62,983 bases of DNA, filler included, from Hyphochytrium catenoides (GCA_900088475.1; 16 parts of 16 records of this genome joined end to end with filler, not necessarily neighbours in it); one strand, 5' to 3'; positions 12,162 to 26,500 are shown, numbered from the whole stretch's first letter. The notes: generated from the sequence alone by a model not told the origin. Numbers and translations: made by a program.

Positions 12162-12508
12162 TGATGAACTTTACAGAGCTGGGTGGCAATGCCTGAAGCT
12201 TCTGTATGAGCACAATCTAGATGAAATGATAACAAAGGGACTTGGTATTAATGTGTGATGGAGATTTCTGTGAATGATGACTCAGTCCTGAGAGCCTGGT
12301 CTGGGCTCGAGATCTTTTTGTTGGGCCTCTAGGAATATTAACTATGGGGTTTCGGATGAGAAAAACTCACAAGGATGGGTAGGCCGAGTGCCTACCCGTT
12401 CGTTTTTGGGAGGCCTGGCGCTCCGACAACTCCATAGATAATATTCCTAAAAGGCCAGATTCGCAACTTTTCCCTAGAAATGACTTCCCCGGAAGTTAGC
12501 TCTTCGCC

Positions 12509-13130
12509 CTTAATGGCATGAAGAAGATCCTCTCGGATAGGTTCGAGGTCAAGGATCTCGGAAACTCAAACGTTTCCTCGGGATCAAGGTACATCGTGAC
12601 AGGACAGCAAGGACCATAACACTGTCGCAGCCAATGTACATCACTAGTATTTTAGAGAGGTTCAACATGGCTGACTGCCACCCAAGTCCGTTGCCAGTGA
12701 CCCCGAAGTCAGACGTGCCGAGACGAGACATTCCAGTTGCACCGGAGACTCGAGAGCTTCTGAGCCAGATACCATCATACCGGGAAGCCGTAGGGCGCCT
12801 TATGTACCTTATGGTCACCACCCGGCCCGACATTGGTTATGCGGTACAGTTCGTAAGCCAGCACACGTCAACGCCAAGAGTCGTGCACTGGGAGGCTGTA
12901 AAGCGGATCTTCAGGTACTTGAAGGGCACAGTGGACCTAGGTTTGACTCTTGGGGGAAAGAGTATGCCATGCCTGAAAGCGTTTGCGGATGCCGACTGGG
13001 CCAATGACCCTTCGGATCGGAAGTCCATTTCAGGGTGCTACTTCACTTTGGGTGAAGGCGCCTTTGTGTGGAAGTCGCTGAAGCAGCAACTCACAGCTTC
13101 TTCGACGGAGGCGGAATGCATCTCTTTGGG
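12509..13130 (+). mobile_element. Ty1/copia reverse transcriptase C-terminus and RNase H fragment, frameshifted and truncated
   Basis: KKILSDRFEVKDLG / FLGIKVHRDR...LSQPMYI...YREAVGRLMYLMVTTRPDIGYAV...HWEAVKRIFRYLKGT...FADADWANDPSDRKSISG...SSTEAE. Confidence 0.93.
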
Positions 13131-16100
13131 CGGCCGCCAAGCACGTGGATCATATTCTGTGTCTTCTTTGTTGAGGATCAAACTTTTCTCTCACGTTCTT
13201 TCATCTGACTCTTTGTGGTTGTTGTTTTACTTTGGTCTTATCTAGGCTAATTAGGAAAGGAAGAGTTCTAGACTTAGAGGGAAAAGTATTGAGTTGCGCT
13301 TTCAGAGAGTCAAACCTTAGACCCTTAGATACTTAGCAAGAGTAAGGCTAGTAGCATATTTCGGTAGAAGTAGAAAGCAGAGTTGGACCGGTCAGAAGAA
13401 GCGTCACCAGGCACGCGCCTTTGATCTGGTCGTAAAGAGTAGCTTAGCTATAGTTTATCTTAGTGGTGAGAAGATTAGAGTCGTAACGTTACGACTCTGT
13501 TGGAAGACACTAGAGTAGAAGGTAGTATAGCTCATAGTTAAAGTTAGGGTAGAGCAGNNNNNNNNNNNNNNNNNNNNNNNNNNNNNNNNNNNNNNNNNNN
13601 NTTAATTAATTAANNNNNNNNNNNNNNNNNNNNNNNNNNNNNNNNNNNNNNNNNNNNCTCTCTCTCTCCTTTCTCCCTCTCTCTGGTTATCATTTAGTTG
13701 CTCACTTTCTTCTCTCTGCCGCCTTCTCTTCCTCTCTTCTCCAATGAGAAATGATAAGGCCACTCTTCTCTCCTCTTTCTTCTCTTACTATGATCTATCT
13801 CCCTCTCCTCCCCCATCCTTCTTTGTCCTGGTGGGGAGGTACCTGGTAATCTGTTTCCCTTGATGGGCTTACCGTTGGCCTGTCTCGTCTCCCATCGAGG
13901 AGCAATGATGTTTGTTGGTTCCTTAACTCTTTCTCCCTGAGGTGCTCCACCAGCAGTGTCCTCTGCTCCCGCTTTCGATCGTCCTCTTCTGCTTCAATTG
14001 GGTTCTTTTTCCTCTCTCCCCCCTTCTCATCTGTTGTCAGCTCCCATCTCAGTGTCTCTCTTCCCTTCCTACGTACGTCCTCACAATCTCTCTCTCTCTC
14101 CTTTCTTCCGCGCTATTTTTGGTCCATGTTACACGCAGCTCCGTTCTTCGCTCCTCATCGTAGCTTCTTCTACCTTACTTCTCCGCCGTCCCGACGCTCG
14201 TTGTTGGTCTCTTCCTCCTTTGAGAAGATGGAGATGACCTGCTAAAGCCGCCATCTTCTTTTTTGTGACAACAACTTCCTCCTTCTTTAGCTCCTCTGCA
14301 TCCGCCGTCCTCCTGTCTCGTGCTCGGTCTTCGCTTTCTTCAAAGAGAAGAGGCACGGGGGGAGGTGGAATGGAGTGAGTGAGAGAGAGATAGCAGAGAG
14401 AGAGGAGATAGAGGACAGAGAGAGAGAGAGAGAAAGGGAGAAAAAGCGAAGGTCTCATCAGAACAAGGAAAGAGAGGAATGATGTGCTTACACTAAGAGG
14501 TACCAGGCAGAAAAGGGAGGCCCATCTTCCTCTTTCTTTCTTCTCCTTCTCTTTTCCGCTACCTTTGTACCTCGTTGTTCTTCCGCCGCATCTTTTCTTC
14601 TTCTCTTTCTCATTGGGCGCGCCTCGTTCTAGTGACGGTCTGTCTCTCGCACTGATCGGCGCGCCTTTCTTCTTCATGCTGATCATCTGGGCCGCGGACG
14701 CCTTCTCCTCCTCTCCCATCATCACGTGCCTTCCTAACAACGCTAATAATAGAAGAAAGCGTAGTATAAAGCTCAGATTGCTGTCTCGTTTGCTGCCTCT
14801 CCCCCGCCGATTCCTCGCCTTCTCTCTCCCTCCACTCTTCCTTCAACTCTACCCACACACTCTCTCTATCTCTTATCTTCACTGATCTTCTCCATCTAGT
14901 TCTTTATCTTCTTCTCTTTCTGCCTCTCTCTTCGTCACCTCTATGACTTCCGCTGCTCTGACGCTTCTGGTGTCTGCCTGCCGGAGGCTTTGCTCCCCAC
15001 TTCTTCTTGCTTTGTCTTTATTCCTCTCTCTCGACTCCGTAACCTTGACTCCTTTCCTCGTCGCTTTCTCCATTATCCTACTTCTTCTTTGGCTATTATT
15101 AGCACTAACTAGTCCCATCATTGCTTGTCTTCCTCAGTGTTGGCAAGGTCCCTAATAAGAGCACTATCGCCTCCTCGCTCTGTCTCTCTCCATTGCCTTG
15201 ATCCCCATCCAGGCCTAAACCTCGGACAGACAGGTGGAGATCTTCCTTCTCTTTTCTCTATGTCCGTTTGTACTTGGCCGGTAAGAGATAGGAGGACGAT
15301 GCTAGTGCTGCTGTGCTGCTCCCCTCTCCACTTCAGCACATGGATGCGAACTCCTTGTTTCCAAGGCGCTCCCAGGATTATTGCTGCTCACGAAGCGAGG
15401 TTGGCACCTGCTTCAGGCGGAGCAATGGGCCCCGCCCATCAGCCATACTAAGTAACCTTAAGATGATAAGCTCAGGCCTACTTCTTCGGGCCCATCAACA
15501 ACATCGACCGAGCTCCTCCTTCTCCTTCGACGATTTTTCGTTGTCCTTGCATGTCTGCTGCAAAGCCTCTGCTCTCTTCTTTGTCCATCCTGCCTATAAC
15601 ACGTTTCCCATCGCTCTGTCTCTTCCGGATGAGTTTCGTACTTACAGGTTTTCTTCTCTATTATCATTGTTTATCCAGCTGTTGCTATCTTCTTTCTTCT
15701 CCTGGTGTTGCCGACAATACTGTTGCCTCATGGCGCTTGTTACACTTGGAAGAAATACTATTAGGAGTGGTCACTTCTCTGGCAACCTTTCCTCTGAGCA
15801 GCAGCTGATTATCTACAGGAGCACAAGCGCCTCGGCATGAGCTGGCTTATCAAAAGTGGCTTGTGCGTGAGCGCTCCTCTGGGTCAATCACCTCTCCTGC
15901 CTCCTGCTATGTCCCTCGTTTTTCTTTCTTTCTACTTCGCAGAAGTACAGCGACCATCAGCAGAGACTTTGCCCTTCTACAATCCGGCATTATTCCCGGA
16001 ACTCTCTCAATTTCTGGCTGGGGCAGGTACACTCTGCGATAGAAATCTCTAAAATTGCGTCTCCCAGATGTCTGCAGATATTCTTTCTGAAGCCTTTCAG

Positions 16101-17499
16101 AGTTTCAAACTCTCAGGGTCCACAGAGTTCGTGTGGTTTATGTAAGCAATTTTGGTACAACTACAACAGAGTAGGTCCAATTGTAGCGGCCTCGGGAGAT
16201 GTCTGTGTGTTCGTCGTATGTTTGCTGACACAAAGAGAGAGGTAGAGACAGGTCTCGAGACAGAACGTGGAGAGAGAGAAAATTGAAGAGAAAGAGGGAG
16301 AGGAAGAACGAGAGAGAGAGAATGAAAAGGGGAGAGAGAGAGACGGAGAGAGAGAGACAGAGGCAGAGAGAGACAGAGAGACAGTCAGAGAGACAGAGAC
16401 AGAGAGAGACACAAAGAGGGTGAGAGAGAGAGCAAACGCACATACAGAGAGAGGACAGCAGGCAGACAGAGAGACGGCAACAGACAGAAAGAGAGACAGA
16501 GAGATTAGAAAGAAGCATTATTGCTGCCTCTGATTCAACCAGTACAAAAGAGAGACAGAGCGAGAAGCAGAGAGAGGGGGACATAGAGAAAGAACCAGTA
16601 CAAAAGAGAGACAGAGCGAGAAGCAGAGAGAGGGAGACATAGAGAAAGACAGACAGAGAGCGAGCGAGAGAGAGAGAGTTGGTGATGGAGTGCGACTACT
16701 GCTCCGAGCTGTAGCTCTTCTGAGAGGAGCAGCAGAGAACAAGGAGCAAGGAGCGGTGCGAGCAGCGAAGCTTACACAGAGGAAAGGAGCGCAAGAGGAG
16801 CAGCTGCGAAAGAGAGGAAAGCAAGCAGAGGCCCAGAGGAGCTTTCCCTGAACCTCCGTGCCCGGCGTGCAGACCGCCTGTTCCCCTCCTCTCTCTTTCC
16901 CTCTCCTGCAATTTCCAGGGGTGATCGGTCTGACGCTGGCTGGTAGCACTTGATCTCTACTTCTTCTTTCTCTCTTCTTGAGTGCAAGCACCTGCCTCTT
17001 GTCAAGCCCTTTGGCGTCATTGGCCGCTTTTCCGGGAGGGAAGAGGGCGCGCACGGAGCTAGTAAATTCTTACGGACCAGACAGTCCTCTGCAGACGCGA
17101 AGCGGGGCAAAGAAGCCACAAGGAGGGGAGACAGAGAGAGAGAGANNNNNNNNNNNNNNNNNNNNNNNNNNNNNNNNNNNNNNNNNNNNTTAATTAATTA
17201 ANNNNNNNNNNNNNNNNNNNNNNNNNNNNNNNNNNNNNNNNNNNNAGAGAGAGAGAGAGAGAGAGACAGAAAGAAGACAGAGTCGCTGCGCTCGCGGCAC
17301 TCTTGTTCAAGCTCTGGATGGTCTGGCTTCGGAAGCAGAGCTTTTTGCTGTGACACCTTTACCTCATCCTCGCTTGGCCGTGTCCTTCCTTGGTCGAGCT
17401 GCAGAGCTTTCTAAATTGCTGTCCTGGTTAGCACTCTTAGAAGACGGTCAAGGGCATTGGAGGGACGAAGAGATCAGCGATAGAAAGCTAGTGAGCACG

Positions 17500-20400
17500 A
17501 TGGCTGGCGATGCTGAAGTGTCAGAGACAGAGGAGGCTGTCCTAGGGCAGGAGGAGGTGGATCCAAACTTTACCCAGGATGCCGGGCTTGAGAACAGTCC
17601 AGGCAGGAAGCGCCCTCCCTCTGGAGAGGATGAAGGGGAGCCAAGGTAAGCTTTTTATCTTGTCTATGATAAGAACAGACGCAGAGCAAAAGGAAGCCTT
17701 ATCAAGTTTCTCTCTCTCTCTCTCTTCTCTTACAACCATTAGCCCTGAAGATGGCATTGAAGGACATTCCCCGACAACAAAGGGTAAACAAAAGGCTAAA
17801 CGTCAGAAAAGGGTGGCGGATGACGAGGAGGAGGGCGAAGACGAGGGAAGGCATCAGTCCGAAGCCGGCATCATCCTGAAGGTCAATGTGCAGAATTTCA
17901 TGTGCCATCCCAACCTCACTGTGCGAATGAATCGGCACATCAACTTTATTACGGGCCAGAATGGTAGCGGCAAGAGTGCCGTTCTGTGTGCTCTCCAGAT
18001 CTGCCTGGGAGCTAGTGGTAAGTCACTCTTAGCAGCTCTGGCTGATGCAGGCGAACCCCACTAGCTATTTCTCAATCTCTCATTAACTGGTGGTGTCTCT
18101 GCAGCGAGAGTCACTCATCGTGGCAAAGGACTTAAGGATCTTATTCGTCACGGCTCTCACCAGCCCGCTTTTGCCAGAGTCACCCTCTCTAACACCGGCA
18201 AGTCTTGGCTTCCCTTGCCTCTTCCTCCTCTTACTTAGCCCACTGACAATCCTTACCCTCTTTCTTCTCTCTCTGCTGCGACTTCTCGTCATGGTCTTCC
18301 CCCTCCCTTCCCCAGGCCCCGATGCCTACAGACCAGACGAGTTTGGCCCTAAGCTGACAGTAGAGCGGAAGATTCTGCCCTCAGGAACGTCAGAGTACCG
18401 GCTGTTGGACCACAATGGTCATTTGGTGTCTAAGAAGCGCTCCGACCTGGTTACCATGCTTGATCGCTTCAATATCCAGGTACAGAAGAAGCTCTGCTTA
18501 CCGTCACACGTGCCCCTCTCTGGATACCTTGGGTGGCGCTCCATCAACTTAGATACTTTCTACAGGCTCTGAAGTTGGCTGTTCTCTCTCCTGAAACAGA
18601 TCGATAATCCTTGTGCTGTCCTGGACCAAGAAGAGGCTAAGAAGTTTTTGAAAGGAGACAACAAGGAGAAGTATTCTTTCTTTCTTCGTGCCACCGATTT
18701 GAAGAAGATGAAGGTCACCTACGCTGAGATAGAACATGAGATCGAAGTAACCCAGACGGTCATGGCACAGCAAGAAGCTAAGCTTGAAACCTTGCGCAAA
18801 GAAGTAATGGAGGCGAAGAAGCTTTGTGAGGAGGCGGGTAAAATGAAAGAGCTAGAAGAGCAGGTAGAAAAGGCCCTGAAGAAGCCTTCCATGACCTGCA
18901 GGTCGCACTAATCTGCTTCTTATTCCTAGGTCAACATGCTCAAGATTAAGCTGGTGAGAACGCAGCTGAAGGAAGAGGAAGATAAACTAACCGCTCTCAG
19001 GGACACACTCCAAAAGGCTCAGGCCAAGTACCAGAGGTACATACTTCCATCTCCTCTCTCCTCTCGCGAGCACGAGCTAACCTAGATTCTTGGTGATGGC
19101 AGCTACCTGTCTGAATATGAAAGACAGAGAGAGGAGGAGCTCATAGAAAGAGAGAGACTGGAAGCTAAGCAGGCAGAGATGCAGGAGCTCAACCATCAGT
19201 ATCAAGAACGAAAGGAACAGGAGGACCAGCTTGTCAGAGAAATCCAGAGACTGAAGAAGCCGATGAGGGAGTTTGAGGTTCGCGATAGATCCTTCCCTTG
19301 CATTGTTTATCTTGCTGCTCGTTAACTTAGCCACCACATCCCTTCAGGCACAACTGAAGGGTTTGGACAAGCGGCTGCAGCAGCAAAAAGCACAGCATAG
19401 AGAGGCCATCTCCGAGCTCTCCAGAATCCAAAACGAAGCCTTGAATCGGAACAAGGATAGCCAACAGAGGCAGCAAGAATTTCTGCTGAGAGCTGAGGAA
19501 GATCTTGCACGCAAGAATAACGAGCACGCCCTGCATATCGAGGTAGCTCAGCCTCCTCTCTTACAACCCTGTGCTACCAGAAGTCCAACCTCCCCTTACC
19601 CTGTCTCCCTGCGTTCCTGCCTTCTTTCTCTCTCTCTTCCCGGTCCCTTCTCTCCTTCTCTCTCTCGTTCTTTCAATCTCTAACTGTATATCTCTACCTC
19701 TCGCTATTCAGGACCGCCAGAGAATTCAGCAAGAACTTGAAGCTAAAGGGGAGGAGGAGCATCGGTGCAAGGAGATGCTGGAGCAAGCCAATCATCAATA
19801 CAACCAAGCAAGTGGGAGGCTCAAGGCTTTACAGAGCCAGAGGACAAACAAGTAAGATTCTTTAGGTGCCATGAACAAGCTCGTAGCGGTTGTGCTTACA
19901 CTCTTTTCTCGGCCAGGGCTGCTCTCTTTGGTGCCAGAATGGGTGCTCTTCTGGAGGCTATTCAAAGAAATATAAGGCGCTTCTCTGCACCTCCGATTGG
20001 TCCAATTGGGATGCACGTAAAGCTAGCGGAAAGGAACAAAGACTGGGTGAGATCAGTTGTCTGTTGGAGTCCAGCAATGATTGATGGCAGCCAGTTGACA
20101 GCCATCGCACTTAGGCAAAAGCTATCGAAGCATGTCTCGGCTCCACTCTGGCCATGTTTATTGTGCACAGGTCGGAGGACAAGACTCTTATGGATGAATT
20201 GCGGCGTCAGGTTCGCACGGCAGAATGACAAGTGCTCTTTATGGTTCTCATCTTATCCCTTGTACTATCTAGGTTGGCGCCAAGGCTGGTGAGGGAGCTT
20301 GTCTGATTGCAAAGAAGGGCGGATCCCGTTACAATCAGCTTCGTCTGCCTGAGGGCGAGTTAAGGGCAAAGGCCATTGCCCTGCTCATTGACGTTGATAA

Positions 20401-22966
20401 TGACGAAGTCTACAACGCCTTGATTGACCAGACACAAATGGAGAGCAAGGTAAGGAAACTCTAGGTTATGCGGCAGCAAGGATCTCTTGGCCTCTGATGC
20501 TAGAGCCTGCGAGAAGTTAGTCACTAGGAGAACGAGGAAGAAACGGCCAGCTCACTTCGCTTCATCCTCACAGCTAGTCTTCCAAAATATCCATGAGCTG
20601 CGTGCTATGATGCTTCTGGGCCCAGATGGCCACTTGAAGACGCCGAAGAATGTTAAAGAAGGCTACGTCCCTGACGGCTCTAAGGTCTACGTCCGTAATG
20701 GGAACGACACCTTCGTGGCCTCATGGAATAGAGGTCCCAGTCGGCTTACCACCAACGTGGAGGATCAGATTGCGGTTCTTGAGGAACAAGTCCAAACAAG
20801 TCAGAGGGAAATGGTATGTCTGAACTATTTCCTCTCTCTAACTGTCTTCCTGGTGAACCATTTAGTCTTCTTCCTCTAACCATTGTCAACGCATGGCATC
20901 ATTCCTCTCCTGTTTAGAATGTCCACAGGGCCAATCAGCAGGAGATCCGTCGAGCTATCAATATGCTAAAGCAGGAACTGGCTGCCGTGAACAAGCTGAT
21001 CAATGCGGATCTAAAGCAGATTGCTCAAGCAGAGGACAAAATCAAAGATATAAGGGACGCAGTAGCAGAAGTACGTAGCACTGCTAACCCATGGCACACC
21101 AAAGAAAGAGGCCTCTTAGACGCTGTTAGAAACAGAAAAATGGCTAAGATTACTGGCACTATTGGATCCCCGACAACCATGAAAGACGGGTGAAGGACTA
21201 ATGTTCCCTCTAATTGACAGGACACTGAGATGGACACCAGCGCCCTCGAACAGGAGATCCAAGACCACGACAACAAGATTCAGAGTCTCATGGAGAACAG
21301 AGAGGCTATAATAGAGAGAATAGAGGCAAAGAAAGCGGAGCTCCTACCGTACGAGGTATGCTGTCTTCTGTTATATCTTCTACTCAATGACAGACATACT
21401 CATCGGCTCTTGGTCTAGCAACAATTGCAAGCGTTTAGGGGACAATCGCACGTGGACCAGTTCCAAGAGGAGCTAGCTAGAGAGCTTGAGGCCATGGGTG
21501 AGAAGCTCTCCGATGCCAACAAGAAAACGCAGGTGCTTCACAGAAAGGCAAATCAGCACAAGGCTAGCGCCGCCAACTTAGAAAAGGAGTTCAGAGCAGG
21601 AGAGGTATGGAACCATGCCTGCTTATATGTAGACGATACTCTTCCTAAAGGTCTGACCTCCGACAGCAAAATCTTCTGGAAGTAAGAGCCAAAACTGAAC
21701 TCTTGGAAGCGAAGATAGACTATCCCTATGCAGACAAAATAAGACTGAAGGAGCCAGCAGCAGATGTAAGATCTGCCCTCCTTATAGCGAAGGTAAGAAG
21801 GTAGCTTGTGTGGCAAGCAAAGCCCTATCCTCTGCCTCTCTCACATCTTGGCATACTAGAAACGTGTAGAACAGCATCAAGCAAAGTTCAATGTCCTAGA
21901 TTCGGCCGAGCTGTTCCAGCGTTATGACGATCTCAAGCGTAAGCTAGAGGTGAAGCAAGATGGCTATGAAAAGGTAGCGATCGGCTCTAGCACCCCTTAT
22001 GTCTGGGAGTGTTGACTAAGCAAGAACATCCTCCAGGTGAAGTACAACTCAACACAGCTGCGGAGTATGATGGACAAGAGGAATGACATGTGGAAGAAGT
22101 TCCAAAAGTCTATCAGCACCACCGTCTCGGCCGGCTTCGGTCTCACTTTGAGCGAGAAGAATATGTTGGGAAGCATCCAGTTTGACCATAAGAACCAGAC
22201 TCTGGAGCTCAAGGTCAGCCATTAAGCGCCACATTCTCCTCTCAGAAAAGGAGAAAACCATGATTTCTAATGCTTTGTCTTAGGTCAACCAGAATGCTCG
22301 TTCCTCGACCACTGTAGACAGCGATGTGAAGACACTGTCCGGCGGAGAGAGGTGAGCACCTTGTGGACGCAAGAAAGGCCCTTCACCTCTACCATCGCCT
22401 TGGCTCTCTTTATCGTGCTCTTGCCTTGTTTCTGGTGGTGCTTGCATTTGCATTGTGATTAGCCTGAGCATTCGCAATCTCCATTCCTTTCTCGACGACA
22501 CGTTAACTGTCATTTCTAATGCTGAGCACTATCCGGGCTGCTCTTGGTCCATTTATTACTTTAGGTCTGCTGTCCAGCTTGCCTTCTTATCAGCCGTTGG
22601 CGCGGTCTCCGATTGCCCCTTCCGGATTATGGACGAGTTTGACGTTTACATGGACAACAAGAACCGAACCACAGCGCTAAACAACCTGGTGGAGATGGGA
22701 CTCAACAACCCAGGGAAACAGTTCATCTTCATCACACCAAATGACATAAGGTTAGCCATACCTACGCAATGATGGACCCTGTGAGGTGGTAGATAGACTT
22801 TGTAACCCTTTTCTTGTGTTACCTCTGCAGCTCGATCGATATGAAGAAAAGCCCTGAGAAGATTGGCATCGTTAGAATGAGACCGCCTAGGCCAGCTGGA
22901 CCTTCAGGCACCACCCAGTCAACCATCAACTTCGGCCACGCCCAGCATGCCGCTCATGAAGATTGA
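17500..22966 (+). CDS. SMC6: SMC6 paralogue 1 (complete, about 22 exons)
   Basis: NFMCH, Walker A GQNGSGKSA, NIQIDNPCAVLDQEEAKKFL, hinge PPIGPIG, signature LSGGERS, Walker B/D-loop PFRIMDEFDVYMD and QFIFITP. ATG 17500, TGA 22964-22966, and the splice phases join in frame. Confidence 0.95.
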
Positions 22967-23578
22967 GCAGCTTCTTCATGGAAGGTCCTTTGAGACTTGA
23001 GAGCTATAGAAGCAGAGAGATCTCTTCGCAGTTCAATGTTTATAGCAAGAGTATATATCTACCACTAAGAAGATTGCCTGTCCTTCTCATGGACTCTCAT
23101 CATATCAAACAGCGACCTCCCCGGTTGCCAATCGATACCCAGCAAGCGCAGATCTCCGTCATCTTTCTGAAGATTCAGACGAAGATCTGTGATTCCAGAA
23201 AAGAAAGTGACAAAAGAACTTGACTCAAAAAAACTAATGTTCACGTTTGCCCTACTGATCTTTTGAAATTCTGATTTTCCCGCGCTTTTTTATCGTTCTG
23301 AATGGCTTTTTGTGAACTTGTTGCTGTGAAGATTCTGAAGCTTTTCAATGGCACCAAAAGCTCAATAAAAAGATCTCTGGAAAGTGAGAGCTCTTTGCTG
23401 AGGCTCGGCTCGACAGCTGTAGCTGGCCCGGCAAGTTTGCTGGCTGTACGATGACTAGTAGCAGCTGTCTCTGATGGGTAAGATCGCCTATTGACTCCTA
23501 GCGCCAGGTAGCCACCCGATGCCCAACCTTCGCTGTTTTGGATGAGGGCACGGTGCCAGCAAGAAAGGCAACTCTACG

Positions 23579-26500
23579 ATGTCTCCACACAGTCTGGCAG
23601 AGCATGCTGCGACCTTAGACAATAGAAGAAAGCGCCGGAGTCGGGAGGATGTCGGAGACAGCCGGGAGTACAAGTAAGTAGCGCACGGAGAGCTGTCTGT
23701 GAGGTAGAGAGGAGCCGCGTGGATGCGTAGGCCTCTTATTTGTTGACATTATCGCCCCAGCGATGGGAATGAGCCTTCTTCAGATGATGGTGCCCCCGGT
23801 TCGGTGCACGGCAGTCCTAAACGAAGGAAAGGACCCGGAGAACTCACACCAGAGCCTCCGGAGGCCGGCGTCATTGTGGAGGTCAATGTGCAGAACTTCA
23901 TGTGCCATGCGAACTTTACGGTTAAGCTGAACCGTCACATTAACTTCATAACCGGACAAAATGGCAGTGGCAAGAGTGCCATTCTCTGCGCTATCAAGAT
24001 ATGTCTTGGCGCCAGCGGTAAATGTCTTGTACAGAGTCGTGCTATCTCAGGCAACCGTCATCTTAGTTATTAGCGCTTTTGTCACCTTTCTTATGTCAGC
24101 GAGAGTTACTCATCGAGGAAAAGATCTGAAGAGTCTCATTCGCCATGACTCGCCCAACCAGCCTGCCTTTGCCAGGGTCACCCTATGTAACGTCGGTAAT
24201 TGGTCTTCCGTGTGGGAATACGCTGCCTCGCATGATACATGACCTTCATCTGCCCACGACGCCAGGCCCTGATGCCTACCGGCCAGAAGAGTTCGGCACC
24301 AAGATCATGGTGGAGAGAAAGATCCAGCCCTCGGGGACATCAGAATATCGACTACTAGCGCATAACGGGCAGCTGGTGTCCAAGAAGCGAGTTGACCTCA
24401 TCACTATGCTTGACCGCTTTAACATTCAGGTGAGGCAGCCAAGAGGACCTACAATGGTATATCTGGAGCGAGAACATCTCAGCCTTAACATAACAACAAG
24501 AGAGAGGGGACGGTTAGAGCCCGCCATCACAAAGAACAGAGTGCTGTTGTCTCAAGTTCTACTTTCTTCTCCATAGATTGATAACCCTTGCGCGGTGCTG
24601 GACCAAGAAGAAGCCAAGCTCTTCATCAAGGGTAACAGCAAGGAAAAATACTCTTTCTTCCTCAGGGCTACCGATATGACGAAGATGCAACTCTTGTATG
24701 GAGAGATCGAGAAAGAATGTGCCGTTATGAGAACTGTCATGCAGCAGCAGGAGAAAAAGATGGAGATACTGGAGAGCGAGGTTGCCGAGGCGCGGCGAGT
24801 GTGGAAGGAAGCGGCCAAGATGCAACAGCTGGAGGAGCGGGTTTGAGTCTGCAGCGACTTTTCTCTCGTTTCACCTCCTAAGAGCTCTCTTTCTAATGGC
24901 TGCAGGTTTCTATGCTGACAATCAAGCTTGTACGGACGCAAGTTAAGGAGGAAGAGGATAAGCTCCAACTGCTTAGAGAAGCCGTGGACAATGCTAGAGA
25001 TGGTTACCAGCGGTACGCCACATCTATCACAGCTATCGCATGGGACGGGACTCTTACAATGAGTCCTTAGTCTGCTGCAGAAATATGAGACGCAGAAAGA
25101 GGAAGAATCGGTGGAAAGAGAGAAGCTAGAGGCCAAACAGGCAGAGCTGCAGGCACTGAATGAGGAGTACGCAGAGAAAAAGGAGCAGGAAGATCTGCTG
25201 GCCCGGGAGATTCAAAAGATGAAAGTCCCGATAAGAGAGTTCAAGGTAGGTTCTCTCTCGAAGGCACATAAAGACGGGAGCTTTGACGAATTTGATGCTT
25301 CTGCGGCCCTTCCCTTGGGTGGTAGAGCAAAGTAAAGGACATTGATAATAGGATAAGTAAAGCGAAGATGCTCCAGCGAGAGGCGATCACAGAGCTGTCT
25401 CGACTGCAAAATGAAGCTCTCAGAGGCGAAAAGGATAAGAAAGAGAAAGAGCAGAGACTCTTGCTGGAGGCGGAGGAGGAGCTTGAAAGACAGAAGGATC
25501 AAAACAAGAAGCATCTTGAGGTCTGTCTTTCTGTTGGACGAGTGGACGATGCACATTGACACTACGTCTATGACCTCTACTTTTTTCTGTTGCTTTGCAA
25601 TTCTTACCACGGCTTTCTGGCTCTCTCTCATATTTGTTCTTCTTCTCTCTGTTTCCAGGAGCAAAGGGATATTCTTGACCAGCTGGAAGCAAAAGAGGAG
25701 GAATATCGACAATGCAAGGAGCAACTGGCAAAAGCTCATGAACACTTTCAGAGGTCCTCAGGCAGCTTGCGATCCCTTGAAAGTCAAAGTACCAACAGGT
25801 CTGCTGCTTCTATATACATGACTTGTAAGACACGGACCGCAACCTCTGACATCCCTTTACTCTCGTAGAGCTGCTCTTTTTGGCAGCCGCATGGGGGCCT
25901 TGCTGGAAGCTATCAGAACCAATATCCACCGTTTCTCGAGCCCGCCAATCGGTCCCATTGGATTGTATGTCAAACTGCCTGAGAGTGAGAAGCAATGGGT
26001 AGGTGACCAAACTTGTGAGAGGGAAAGACCCCCTTTATCTTTCTTCTTCCGTAGTGCCGACAATGTAGCAACTGGTGCCTCTCTCTGTCACCCTTGCTCT
26101 CTCCTTTTCTTTGTCCGTCTTTCTCTGTCTCTATCCTCCTGCTGACCTCCTGCATCTAATCAGGCTACTGCTATTGAGGCTTGCATCGGCAGCACTCTCT
26201 CCACCTTTATCATTCAGAGAGCAGAGGATAAGCCACTTATGGACGAGCTTCGTCGACGGGTAAGGGGTCACAGTATCGAGAGAAGCAAAAAAGTGGAAGG
26301 TCCCAACCATACGCGAGTTGACAACCAATCCACGGACAAAAGAACTTGTCCGGAATACTGCTTATATGTCGCTGTTTCATCCACACAGGTCGGAGCAAGG
26401 GCAGGCGAAGGCAACGTCGTAATTGTTCCCAGAGCCTCAAGCCGCTATACGCAGCTTCGATTGCCCGAGGGCGAGCTTCGGTCAAGAAGTGTGGCGATGA

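Noticed and set aside
13658-17145. Many overlapping short ORFs and a ~56-bp tandem duplication near 16537-16648
   Set aside because: No coherent exon chain or domain. It looks like degenerate, microsatellite-rich DNA.
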